Source of the DNA: Hypanus sabinus
Lineage: Eukaryota
Length of the DNA: 64,000 bases
Direction of reading: 5' to 3'
Assembly: GCF_030144855.1 (NCBI RefSeq)
Contig: NC_082717.1
Coordinates: 13,144,001-13,208,000, forward strand
In this document: positions 12,921 to 24,970 of the stretch, piece by piece
Layout: each line of letters opens with the position of its first letter
Numbering within the stretch: position 1 is the first letter of the stretch
Translations under genes and position numbers: made by a program
Notes under the pieces: generated by a model
Seen by the model: only the letters and a program-made list of their open reading frames with translations
Told to the model about the DNA's origin: nothing
Database searches by the model: none

Positions 12921-13628
12921 TTGTGATTGTGGACCATCTGGCTGAGAGTTACCCAGGTAGTGGTTTACGGGGGGGGGGGGGCATTGTGAACTCAGCACCA
13001 CAGATTAGCCCTTTATCCTACTCCAGGAGACAAGGAACTTAGGCTACGCCTAGACTAGACCGGGCTGCACAGAATGGAGCGAGTGTGCATTCAGCCAGTC
13101 TCTCCACTGCCAAAAGTCTGCCAGGTCTCTAACGTTTTTCTCCCACACCCTCCCTCTTAATCCCTTGCCAGCTACTGCCTGCACATTATCCCTTTCAGTG
13201 TGGAGGGGGCATCACTCTGCATCTGAGTGTACGATGGGACGACTTGGAGGGAGCTGTACTCTGCGTCTGACCCCGGGACTGTGTGATGGGATGGTGGTGA
13301 ATGAATGGAGTTTCACTGTGTGTGGTAGGACGGTGCAGAGGAAGCTTCACACTGAGTCTGAGTGTGTGATGGGATGGTGCAGAAGGGGATTCCTTTGTGT
13401 CTGATCCCAGGAGTGTGTGAGAACTACTCCCACCTCATCTCCTGACCTTTCCAGACAACGGTGACTGTAGGTTTAGTTGGATTCGCAGACAGAATAACAA
13501 TTCCAGCATTAAAAATCCAAACATTCCAACTACAGAGCGGTATCTATTTTTACATTTGTGCTGGTCAGGTGGAAACACAGACACAGTGTACGTAACCCTT
13601 TCTCAAACACACACACACTCATTGTTCT

Positions 13629-13755
13629 GACGAAGGGTCTCAGCCCGAAACATTGACTGCTCCTTTCAACGGATGCTGCCCGACCTGCTGAGTTCATCTA
13701 GTTTTTTTGTACGTCTTGATTTGACCACAGCGTCTGCGGTGTACTTTGTGTTTAC
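13629..13755 (+). mobile_element. Hammerhead-bearing mini-retroelement with 13-bp TSD
   Basis: CTGACGA-AGGG-TCTCAG-CCC-GAAAC core at the 5' end. CACTCATTGTTCT duplicated at 13616-13628 and 13756-13768. Confidence 0.8.
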
Positions 13756-14259
13756 CACTCATTGTTCTTGTCTCCCAGACACCCTCTCTCCTAGGGAGCC
13801 TGTGTTTCAGCTGGTATGTCTGACCCAAAATCCCCTCTGCCTCCCCACTCTGCAGAGGTCATTAGCGACTGACATAAGCTGGAGCAGCTTCAGTGAAGAA
13901 AATTCTTTGCGTAACCCCCAGCTGTAATAGGGAGACTTTTAAGCTGCGATGATGCAGTGGGCAAATCCTCTCCCTCTCTCCCGGCACCAGGACCAGCAGT
14001 GCGAATGAAACAGAACAGCCAATTCTGTGTCAGAAGTTGGGTTTATATAATCTGGAAATTAGATTGATTACAACATTGAAAACCTCACCACACAGTACGA
14101 GCTCGTCAGCCTGCACTATCTGTGCTGAACACAATGCCGAATCCTCTCGTGTAGGTTCCTCCATTTCCTGCCTGTCTGAATGTCTCTATTGTTTGGCCCC
14201 GCACATCTTGTTTGAACAGACCACTCTCACGTTACATGCATATCCTTCAGTTTTAGACA

Positions 14260-14650
14260 TTCACACATTATGTAACACCCTCCAGCCTATTGACCCCAGC
14301 CAGCAAACCCTCTCTGTTCCCTACAGTACCCTGCCTCCGTAATGCCCTGTACCACCTGTACTGCTCATCGTCTCTGTAACCCCCACTGGCCCCTGCACAC
14401 TTGCCATTCCCCGTTACCCCACTCCAGCCCTTGCACTCCTCCCTGTTTCTGTAAAACTCCCTGGACACTGCACGACTCCTGTCTCTGTAACACCCTTCAG
14501 CCCCTGCACCTCTCCCTGTCTCTGTAACCTCCCCCCATCCCTCCGGCACATAGACACTATCCGTCTCTGTTACCCTCTCTGAACCCTCCACATTTCCATT
14601 ACTGTAAACCCCTCGGCCTCTGCCCCCCCCCCCCCCCCCTCTGTCTCTGT
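14260..14650. repeat. Degenerate C-rich minisatellite (ctgtctctgtaacccc-based)
   Basis: Recurrent ctgtctctgtaa(c)cc motif, the same motif as the cleaner array at 18025-18470. Confidence 0.6.
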
Positions 14651-14654
14651 CACC

Positions 14655-15215
14655 ATGAGATATGAGCAGAATTAGGCTTTTCAGGTCTGCTCTACCATTT
14701 GTTTATGGCTGGTTTATTATTGCTCTCATCTTCACCCTTCTGTCTCCTCTCCGTAACCTTTTGACACTCTTACCAATCAAGAATCTATAAACCTCCATTT
14801 AAAATATCTCCAATATCAGCATATCCTTTCTCAGATATGGGAGCCAAGACTGTTCACAATTCTCCAATGTGGACTGACCAATGCCATATAAAACCTCAGC
14901 ATTACATCTTTGCTTTTATATTCTAGTCCTCTTGAAATCAATGCTAGCATTGCATTTGCCTTCCTTACCATTGACTTACCTTGCAAGTTAACCTTTAGGG
15001 AATCCTTACTGGGACTCCTTTGCATCTCTGATTTCTGAATTTTTCCCCCTTTCTTCTATGCAGAACTCCTTGTTCCCTCATCACTACCTATTCCTCAATC
15101 TATCCGCAAACTTGGCCACAAAGTCATCAATTCCGTCATCCAGATCATTGACATGCAACATGAAAAGAAGCAGTCCCAACATCCGACTCCAGCGGAGCAT
15201 TACCAGCCAACCAGA
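14655..15215 (-). mobile_element. CR1 LINE 3' fragments
   Basis: ORF 14831-15025 (KANAMLALISRGLEYKSKDVMLR). Confidence 0.7.
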
Positions 15216-16778
15216 ATTAGGTGATTCACTGCTGAAGGCAGGAATAATATCTGTTTAATCAAATATTAAAGGCTGTTGCATTTGAGTTGAAGTTTAAAGG
15301 ACCTACTCACAGAATGACATAACTACTTATTCCAAGGCAGTAATCTCAAGCAGGGATGATACTTTTGGCAAATTGAACCAAGAATGCTTGGAACATCATG
15401 AAGAAGATCATTTTGCAATGGTCTTGACTGAAGTAATGCAGTAACCTGGGTACAGCAGCCTTTTAAATTGAAGTCAGTGCAGAATGGGAAAGATGGAGAT
15501 GCAGTGTAATTCCTGGGAATTTGCTCAGGAAAACATTCCAAAGTTTGGATGCTGTAGCTGAAAGGTATCTCTGTGAGATACAACTGTGGTTGGGACTGCA
15601 CTGTTTAAGAACAATTGTACAAATTCTGTGGCCAGTAGAAATTCTACATCCAATGGAAAGTGACCCAGTTGTGGGGACAACACTGAATCAGTAGAAGATC
15701 AGGAAAAGTGAGTTGAATGTGAGAAACTGAGACAGCAGGGGAAAAAGCAATGTGCAGGCTGACATGAGATTGCATCACCCTCAAGCAAAAGTCAGCCAAT
15801 CGGGCCAATCTTTGACCGCGGAGTCACCATTTGGAGCTTCTCTTGCTGGAGCATTGGGGAGTTTCAGCCTTTCTGTGGAGCTGTTCAACCAGGGGCAGGA
15901 ACATTGTTACTGAGGAGTCTCATATCTAGTTTGTGGAAGCTCATTCACTTCCATAATTTTAAGATAAAGGTAATTTTAACTATTTGTCAATGTGGAGCAG
16001 AGAGCAAGATTATAAATCTGGCAGAGGCAAAGGATTTGGGAATGGTGAAGTTGGAACACCGTAGGAGAAGTGTTGAGGAGGGAGGGGTTTGGGACAGGTG
16101 ACAGGAGTGTGTGGTGGAGTGGCGGGGCTACAGACACACCCAGTCCTGATTCACCAGGCAAGGTCACTTGATTCCAGAGATGGTTTATTGAACATTACAG
16201 AATGTCTTTTTGGTGTCTTCTGCTCCCTTCCCTCTCCCTTTCCCCAAACATGATTCAACTCTCCCTGTCCCCTTCCCACTTGACATCCACACAGAGACCC
16301 ATGTCAGAATCAGGTTTATCATTCATGGATTGTGTGAAGATTCTATAATTTCAATAAGTACTATTTCTAAAATATAGCGCAAAAAGCATTGCAAACGAGA
16401 GTTTTGGAGCCTCCTACAAAGAGGGGTGTAAAAGTCTCATAGCTTAGCACATGAATTTTTAAGAGAATGTAGGGATATCCCTTCTGCCCTCTCACCACCA
16501 CTTTCACATCCCAGATACCCCTCTCCCTGCCCCTTCTCACTCCACATCAGAGACTTAGTTCAAGCTTCCTATTACCCCACCAGCCCATCCTTCAGCTGTT
16601 CCCCCTTCACCACTCCACACCAACTACCTCCCTCCCTTACACACTCCATCCCAACACATGGTTCTCTCTCCCCTGTAACATCAAGTGTGCCTCAGCCTCC
16701 ACAGACACTGCTCACACCACCAAGTCCCTCCATTGGGGACACAAGAGATGTGGATGCTAAAACCTGGAACATGCAGGT

Positions 16779-17714
16779 TGTCATAAGTCAGGTGTTGACT
16801 CAGGACCCAGCTGTAGGACACAGACACTGGAGTCCCAGAAACAGGACAAGACAGAACTGGAACCCAAGGACAGGACAGGATGCAGTCTAGGCAGGGGAAG
16901 CAGGACCAAGACAAGGGACTGGGAACAAGGAGCCTGGGGTGGACTCCAAGCCCAAGACTGGACAAGGACCCAGAACCTGTATCTTGCCTCAGGCAAGGAT
17001 GTGACAAGGCTTAGCTAGGGACTTGGGGTCTGCAGCCTTGGGGCACTTGAAGGCTGGAACTAGGGACAAACTAGGAAATGCACATCAATCAACATGGAGC
17101 CAGGACTTACCCTCCAACAAGCTGGGACTCATCTTAACAGGACACTGATATGAGACAAGACAGTATACAGACATAAAGCCAGGACTTATCCACCAACAAG
17201 CAAGGACTCATCTATAACTCCACACCAAAGTGGGGCAGGACCATCCATCAGGTAACAGCAAAATGGCCTGACCTACCCCAGAGGGGCAAGGAGAGGAAGA
17301 GACAAACACCAAGGAACAGACAGTTCCACCTCTGCATCAGGGTAGCTTCAAGCAGCCATTACAGCCAGCAACCAGATCCCTACCTCACTCAGAGAGGCTG
17401 ACAGCCACCCAGCTGGCTCAGGAAACAGCTGAATCCAAACCACAATGACAGATCCAACTACTACCAGCAAGGCTCCCAGAAGCCATGGTTCTCCAACAAG
17501 GATGGCCAGAGTCCATTCCAGCCTTCCACCAGCCATCTGTACCATGAGTATCTTGACCAGACAACTCCCAACCACACACAATGCCACTTATATTCCCAGT
17601 TCCATATGAGCCTCAGGTGTTCCTAGTTAAGTCTGACCGCAGCAAGGGACCGCCGGAGAACCCGGAGTCCAGGGTCCGCAGACCAGTCCACAGACTTTGG
17701 ACTGAACCACAACA
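16779..17714 (-). mobile_element. Solo LTR with 5-bp TSD (CAGGT)
   Basis: TGTCAT...ACAACA termini. CAGGT at 16774-16778 and 17715-17719. Internal short repeats. Ends resemble those of the LTR at 36156-36854 in opposite orientation. Confidence 0.75.
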
Positions 17715-17724
17715 CAGGTTCTGT

Positions 17725-17821
17725 GTCTCCTGATGAAGGGTTTCGGCCCAAAACGTCGTTATTACCTCCTCCCATAGATTCTGTCTGGCCTGCTGAGTTC
17801 TGCCAGCATTTTGTGTTTTTT
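17725..17821 (+). mobile_element. Hammerhead-bearing mini-retroelement with 13-bp TSD
   Basis: CTGATGA-AGGG-TTTCGG-CCC-AAAAC-GTC. ACACAGGTTCTGT duplicated at 17712-17724 and 17822-17834. Confidence 0.8.
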
Positions 17822-18024
17822 ACACAGGTTCTGTAACTGTTCTCTGACCAGCAGGTGCGTAGGAGCTGGAGGGGGTTACAGTCACATCCGTCCCATTCTC
17901 TGAAACCTCCTCTGGCCTCTCACCCTCCCTCCACAACCATTTTCCTGTCTCTATAACCCCCTTATAACCCACGGCCCACCGGTCCAGACCTACCTCCATG
18001 AGACCTACCAGCAATTACATACCA

Positions 18025-18470
18025 CCTGATCTCTGTAACCCCCTCCATCCCCTAATTTGTCCCTGTCTCTGTAAACCCCTCCATCCCCTACACCCATCCC
18101 TGTCTCTGTAAACCCCTCCATCCCCTACACCCATCCCTGTCTCTGTAAACCATCCCCTACACCCATCCCTGTCTCTGTAACCCCTCCATCGCCTACACCC
18201 CACCCTGTCTCTGTAACTCCTCCATCCCCTACACCCCACCCTGTCTCTGTAAACCCCTCCATCCCCTATACCCCTCCCTGTCTCTGTAACCCCTCCATCC
18301 CCTACACCCCTCCCTGTCTCTGTAACCCCTCCATCCCCTACACCCATCCCTGTCTCTGTAACCCCTCCGTCCCCTACACCCCTCCCTGTCTCTGTAACCC
18401 CTCCAGCCCCTATATGCCTCCCCATCTTTCTAACCCCCTCCACCCCTCCCTATTGCTATAACCTCTCACC
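18025..18470. repeat. Minisatellite, ~39-40 bp unit (ccctgtctctgtaaccccctccatcccctacaccc..), ~10 copies
   Basis: Directly visible tandem array. The repetitive ORF 18015-18443 (GVTETGRGVGDG)n derives from it. Confidence 0.9.
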
Positions 18471-18945
18471 CCACCCTGTCTGAGTGTTGCTCCAGATTCC
18501 AGTATCCATATCTCTTGAACCACTGGAAGGACTCAGTGGTTTGAGCGGTGTCTCCGGAGGCAGAGGGACACTCGACATTACAGGGTTGAGAACCCTGTGT
18601 TGGGACAAGAGTGCAGGGGAGGGAGGTAGTCTGTGTGAGGAGGTGAGGGTGGAACAGCTGAGGAAGGGGCTGGTGGGGTGATCGGAGGATCGAACCCAGT
18701 CTCTGGAGTGGAGTGAGAATGGGAAGGGGGCAAGGAGTGGAGAATATGGGATGTGAATGTGGGGAAGGGGGGATGCAGAGGGATAACCCTCCATTCTCTG
18801 CACATTCATGTACCGATCTGAGACTTTTAAACACTCTATCGAATCTGCCTCCAACAACAGCCCAGCAGCACGTTCCAGGTTCCCAGCGCCCTCTGTGTAA
18901 AGTTCCAATGTCCACATACGGCTCCTGCAACTCGATGTTCCTCAC

Positions 18946-19077
18946 CACCTCTGGGCTCTGGAGAGAGGACTGGAATATAGATGTCCCTTGTCGATGTTAC
19001 TTCAGTGATTTGCGAGATCTGGGTCCAGACGTGCAGCAGAGTCCGGCTCGTAGTGAGATTGAGTACAGGGTCTGTTC
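18946..19077 (-). CDS. Candidate internal coding exon (132 bp, phase 1-1) of an unidentified gene
   Basis: Polypyrimidine tract + CAG acceptor (cccttttccctccctctcag) and G|GTGAGG donor. Open frame GTDPVLNLTTSRTLLHVWTQISQITEVTSTRDIYIPVLSPEPRG. Confidence 0.4.
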
Positions 19078-19379
19078 CTGAGAGGGAGGGAAAAGGGTGA
19101 GTGGGTAGGGTAGACATAGCTAGCATCCTGGTATTTCTGTGCACATGCAGTCATCTTCTCCCACTGTGTCTGCATGGGGCTACCTTTGTGTGTCTGCCCC
19201 TGGGATACAGAGAGGGGAACTGTGCACTTAGCTCCTGGTGTGGGTGTGACTCAGGGAAATGGAGATCGGATCCAGACACTGTTTTTAGAAGGAAAGATTT
19301 GGGGGTGGTCTGAAATTGCCCCTTAGTTATACAAAGAAAGATAAGAAAATACGGGAAATGTATTAATGCACAATTAGGC

Positions 19380-21478
19380 AATCATGCAGTAAAGGCAGCC
19401 TGCACGTGCTCATCCAAGTCATTTATAAAAACCACGAAGAGCAAGGGTCCCAGAATGGATCCCTGCAGAACACCACTAGTCACCAAGCTCCAGGTTAAAT
19501 ATATTCCATCTACAACCATCCTCTGTCTTCTGTGGGCAAAATCCTTGCAGCCAAGTTTCCATGGATCTCATGCCTCCTGACTTTATGGATGAGCCTGCCA
19601 TCGGGAACTGCCTCACAAAATTCAATATTTCAATACCAGATCCACTGCTCTACTTTCTTAAATTTGTTTTGTCACCTCCTTGAAATACTTAATTCGGCCC
19701 ACGAATCAGCACCTACCCCTCACACAGTCATGCTGACTATCCCTAATAAGACAATCATTTTCCAAATGCCTCTAAATCAATGGTTCCCAACCTTTTTTTG
19801 GCCATGCCCCACCTAATCACCTCTAAAATCCTGATGCCCTCTGTGGTGATATATAATTCTTATTATTCAAAAAGTGAACTCCTATTCACCTGGAGGAAGC
19901 CTAAAAGACCATTAACTTGGTTTAAACAAGCTTCCAAAGAACATGACATTCATGAAAGAGAAAAATAAAAGAACCAAAGGACTGTTAAAGTTCTGAGGAA
20001 GAAATAACTAAGAAATTGTAAAAAAAGAACATTAAGTGATATTAAAATAATAATAATAAATAAATAAAACAATGCCGATTCGTTTCTACAGCATACAAAG
20101 ACAGATACACCGTTTAAAAGAGATGACGCAATGTACACACCTTCACACCACCAAGAACCGAAAGCTACTGCAAAAAGCAGCATTGGCGCGACCTCGTACG
20201 AGTTTCTTACGCGTTTGGACTTGTTCATTCGTTCCTTCCTACATCAGTCAATTCATTAATTTAATTATGAAAGCCATTTGATGGTTGTAATGATGGTGAT
20301 ACACTATATATACAGTACATACGCAATTACACATGTACATACACACAAGTATTTTATGTACGCATACTGTATATACACATATGTATTAACTCGCACACAC
20401 ACTCATACTCACACAGACTTACTAGAAAAAATTCACTGTTAATAACTCATTCTCCAATTGCCCCCCTTAAAAATCAAATTACTCCCCTGTGGGGCGTACG
20501 CCCCACGTTGGGAACCACTGCTCTAAATCCTGTCTGTTTCCATTACCTTGCCTACCACTGATGTAAGACTCACTGGTTCCCAGACTCACTGGTTCACTGG
20601 TTTTCAATAATTCCCAGCATTGTTTCTATTACTTTTCTTGAACAATGGAACAACATTTGCCATCTTCCACTCCTCTGATACTGCTCTTGTGGACAAGGAG
20701 GATGCAAGCATCATCAGTGACCCAGCAATCTCTTCCTTCACATTGTGTATAAGCTGGGAACTTATCTATCCTAATGCTTTTCAGATGCTCCAACATTATC
20801 TCTTTCTTAGCTTCAACATGCTCCACCACATTAGCCTGTTCTACTCTGACCTCACACTGGTCAACACAGAAGCAAAGTGTTCATTAAAGTCCTCCCTGAC
20901 TTCATCCACCTCAAGGCTCATTTGCGTCTTCATCCCTGAGCAGTCCTATCCTCACTCTAGTCATTCTCCAGTTCGCTTATGTTTAGAACATCTTGGAGTT
21001 TTCCTTAATCCTAATTGCCAAGGCCTTCTCATGTTCCTTTCTAGCTCTCATAAGACCCTCTCTTAACTCCTTCATGACCACCCAATCATTCTCAAGAGCG
21101 CTGCCTGATTTTTGCTTCCTATTCTTAAGCATGCTTCCTTCTTCCTCTTTCCTAAATGTCCCACCTCTCCTGTCAATCATGGTTCCTACCATCCTTTCCC
21201 TACCTCAATGGGACAAGTGTATCCATAATTCCATGCAAGTGTTCCCAGAAAAACTTCCACATTTCTACTGTGCATTTTTCTGAGAACATCAGTTCACAAT
21301 TTACACTCACAAATTCCTGCTTAATACCATCGTAATTATCACTCTCCCAATTAAATAATTACCCCAATTGTCTGCTCCTGTTCTTGTCCAACAGCTATGT
21401 TAAGGGTCAGGGAGTTGTGGTCACTGTCTCTGAAATGCTCACCCACTAAAAAGTACATCACCTGACCAAGTTCATTAC
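19380..21478 (-). mobile_element. CR1 LINE fragments (host of the hAT MITE)
   Basis: CR1 ORF2 remnants (ARKEHEKALAIRIKENSKMF; HFRDSDHNSL). Confidence 0.65.
19778..20520. mobile_element. Non-autonomous hAT (Charlie-like) DNA transposon with 8-bp TSD
   Basis: TIRs CAATGGTTCCCAAC / GTTGGGAACCACTG. TSD CTCTAAAT at 19770-19777 and 20521-20528. Confidence 0.9.
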
Positions 21479-21979
21479 TATAGAACTGTGCAAAAATCTT
21501 TGACACAGATATATATACGTAGCTGGGGTGCCTCCAATTTTTGCACAGTTCTGTATTTGTCAACATGGTGCAGAGAGCGAGTTCGTAAATCTGGCGGGAG
21601 CAAAAGATGTTGGGAAGGAGTGCCACGGGTGGTGTGACCAGTGGCAGAGAAGGAATGCCAGGACTGGAGGTGGTACAGGTGCATACGTACCCAACCCTAA
21701 GACACCAGGCAGGATAATTTGATTCCGAACAACTGATTTATTGATCATTACAAAATGTTTGGTGTTTCCTGCTCCTTTCCCTATCCCCGCCACTTTTCTC
21801 AACCATCCAAAAGACCCATATCAGAATCAGGTTTAACATCACTCACATTTGTCATGAAATTTGAATTTTTTTATTGTGACAGCAGTACAGTGCAATACAT
21901 AAAATTACTACAGTACTGTGCAAAAGACTTAGGCACCCTTGCTATATATATGTGCCTGAGACTTTTATACAGTACTATA
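21479..21979. mobile_element. Tc1/mariner-like MITE with palindromic ends
   Basis: Each end is itself a hairpin of the (cagtactgtgcaaaag..aggcac) TIR motif (21479-21555 and 21909-21979), with TA at the outer ends. The core resembles ~15980-16340. Confidence 0.55.
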
Positions 21980-22199
21980 GCTCTAGATCGAATATGGCCT
22001 TTCATCTATTTGACCCTTTCACATACTCTGTGAGGAATCCTTTCTGGACACATCTAACAAATTGTATCCCACCTAAACTTTTCACAATTAGGAGTGAATA
22101 TCATTGTTAGGGAAGTAAAAGTCATCTAGGACAACTAAACTGTTATTTTTGCATCTTTCTAAGTTCTGCCTGCTTATCTGACAAACACCAAGATGGTTC

Positions 22200-23870
22200 A
22201 AGAGACAGGAGAATAGATCAGCAGAGGTCTGATGACTGTCGAAAAGTGCAGCTTGCCTGGCAAGTTGAAGTTGTGGTGCTTGCAGTACGGACTGATGCCA
22301 CGGATAATGTGGCCACTAACTGTCTATGTAGTGACAATGTCCCATGTTGAGGCAATGGAACAGAAAATCAACAAGTATATGAAGAAGTGGCTTGGAGTAC
22401 CGAGCAGCCTCACTAATATTGCAATCCACAGTAGCCAGACAAAGCTTACCATCCCAGTGCAATCTCTTGTTGACGAGGTCAAGGGAACCAAGGTAGGATC
22501 ATTCTTGATGCTTCGAGACTCAAAAGACCCTGTCATCAAGAACATCCAGCCGGATGTGAGATCAGGCAGGAAGTGGTCAGCCCGGGCAGCAGTCAATGAG
22601 GCAGAGTCTAGATTGAAGCACAAGGAGATGGTTGGGGCTACCCAGCTAGGCCGCCAGGACTTGGATGGACAACCCACAAGTGGTGCTCATCTTCTACAGG
22701 TAAGGAGCATCGTGAGCTTGTAACGCATGAAATACTAGAGGTAGAAGAGGAGAAGAGGTTAGCTAAAGCAGCTGGCCTGACCAAACAAGGGGCTTGGACC
22801 TGGTGGGAAAGTGTTGAACAACGACATCTATCTTGGAATGTCCTGTGGCAGATGGAACCACTCCGCATTTCTTTTCTATATAGAGCAGTGTATGACCTGC
22901 TCCCAACACCTGCCAACCTCAGCACCTGGTATGAAGATAAGACCGACAGGTGTACTGCTTGTGGTGAGAAGGGAACACTTCAGCATATTTTGAGAGCATG
23001 CAGAGTCAATCTTTCCAGCGGCATGTACACTTAGAGACATAACAACGTTCTCAAAGTGGTAACAGAAGTGGTTGAGCAGAGAGTACTACAGCACAGAACA
23101 TCGTATATTATTTGTGAAAGAAAGCTCTAAGTTAAGGGTGTACAGCGCAGGCCCACGATCAAGCATACTTTCTTCAGCCAATGATTGGTGTGTCAAGGCT
23201 GACCTGGATGGGAAAGGCAGTTTCCCGGAGCAAATAGTTTTCACCACATTGCGTCCAGATATAATAGTCTGGTCTGACACCAGTAGAGAAGTGGTTATTG
23301 GTGAACTCACAGTCCCCTGGGAAGACAACATCGATGAAGCCCATGAGCGCGTTAACCAAGTATGCAGAATTAAGATCAGAGTGCGGAGACAGAGGGTGGA
23401 AGGTCTCATGCTGTCCATTCGAAGCAGATTGCCGTGGCTTTATTGTGTTCACTTTCCATAAGTGGCTGTGTGGCCTTGGCTTTACCAGAAGAGAGATCAA
23501 GTCAACCAGCAGGGCTGTAGCTGAGGCAGCAGAGGCAGGATCATCATGGGTGTGGACTAAGTACGTCCAGAGGGGCAGATAGTCGGACAGTGTATCCATC
23601 TTTTGTAAACTCTTCAGTAGCTGCATAGATACCTGAAGAGTAGACTATCTGTTGGATGGAAGTGACCAACAACTCGGATAGAGGCAGATGCCAAGGTTTT
23701 AAGCTCATCAGTGGGAGGTGGTGCTTTAGCACTGCTGGCTCATCACCTCGAGGGAGTCTTGATCATAAGCGGGCCGAAACTCCTGAAGACAGGTGACAGA
23801 TCAACTGATGATCCCACTGATGATAGCACAGGACAGTTAACATCTTAGTCCATGTGTATCTTCAATTCTA
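22200..23870 (+). mobile_element. Hero/NeSL-clade non-LTR retrotransposon 3' fragment (RT C-term, CCHC knuckle, restriction-like endonuclease, 3' UTR)
   Basis: LPGKLKLWCLQYGLMPRIMWPL, KKWLGVP, VYDLLPTPANL, C..C......HIL..C, RHNNVL, LRPDIIVWS...ELTVPWE, KYAEL...E..CRGF. Frameshifted. Confidence 0.85.
23744..23815 (+). ncRNA. Candidate non-circularly permuted (pseudoknotted) hammerhead ribozyme in the Hero 3' UTR
   Basis: GGAGT-C (23753-58) pairs with GAA-ACTCC (23776-83). TTGATC (23759-64) pairs with GATCAA (23799-804), directly followed by CTGATGA (23805-11). Extra stem CACCT/AGGTG. Stem II is weak. Confidence 0.6.
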
Positions 23871-24636
23871 ATATATGTGTGTGTGTGTCTATTAAATAGT
23901 TCAGTTAAAATAAGTAGTGCAAAAGAGCAGAAATGAAAAAAGTACTGAGGTAGTGTTCATGGTTTCAATGTCTATTTAAAAATTGGATGACTGAGGGGAA
24001 GAAGCTGTTCCTGAATTGCTGAGTATGTGCCTTCAGGCTTCTGTACCTCCTTTCCAATGGTAACAATGTGAACAGTGCATGTCGTGATTGGTGGGGATCC
24101 TTAATGATGGACACAGACTCCCTATCTACCGCTCCTTGAAGGAGTATTCAAGGTGAAGCAGATTAACTTAGTGTCTGTATCAGTGCACAGGACTATGATG
24201 ATATGGACATTAAACACGGTTGTGAGGGGGACAGGAATGACAGCTCAATGTTCCAAATAGCAATGTTTCAGATGCAATAGAAAGGGAGGTAAAGAGGTGG
24301 ATATTTGCATTACTCGCTAGGAAGGATAACTCAGCTGCACTCAGACAGGACACAGTGGAGATTGAGTTAATATGAGTAAAACTCAAAATGGGATAAGTGC
24401 ATTCACTCCAATGAGATTGTACTGTGGACCTCCCAGTAACTACTGGGAAGGAGGGGAACTGACATGTAGCTAGGTTATGGAAAGATCTAAAAGTAAATGG
24501 GTTGTTGTAGCTGGTGATTTTTAACACCCTCAATATTGATGGGGACTTCCTTAGTTTAAGAAGTTCAGATGGGGAAAAGTTTGTTGGGTACATCCAAGAG
24601 GGTTTCTTGAAACAGTAAGTGGATAGTCCAATGATA

Positions 24637-24970
24637 GTCCAGTACCAGAGGGCATGGATTGAGAAATCCAGTACCAGAGGGCATGGATTGAGAATAAGAG
24701 GTCAGTTATTTAAAACAGAGTTGAGGAAGAACTTCTTCTCCCAGAGAGTTGTGGAGGTGTGGAATGCACTGCCTCAGAAGACGGTGGAGGCCAATTCTCT
24801 GGATGCTTTCAAGAAGGAGCTAGATAGATATCTGATGGATAGGGGAATCAAGGGATATGGGGACAAGGCAGGGACTGGGTATTGATAGTGAATGATCAGC
24901 CATGATCTCAGAATGGCGGTGCAGACTCGAGGGGCTGAATGGTCTACTTCTGCACCTATTGTCTATTGAT
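24637..24970 (+). mobile_element. Young 5'-truncated CR1 3' end inserted in an older CR1
   Basis: ORF 24619-24885 (TRGHGLRI..KNFFSQRVVEVWNALP). Tail of ctattgt repeats. 5' ~27-bp tandem duplication (tccagtaccagagggcatggattgaga). Confidence 0.8.

Noticed and set aside
13455-13568. Plus-strand exon (TTVTVGLVGFADRITIPALK...)
   Set aside because: Acceptor is plausible but the donor is weak (GTGGAA), two frames are open, and no homology is recognised.
15230-15900. Protein-like unique stretch
   Set aside because: Stops in all frames and no recognisable family.
18015-18443. Repetitive Gly/Thr-rich ORF
   Set aside because: Translation of a minisatellite, with frame switching at unit-length changes.
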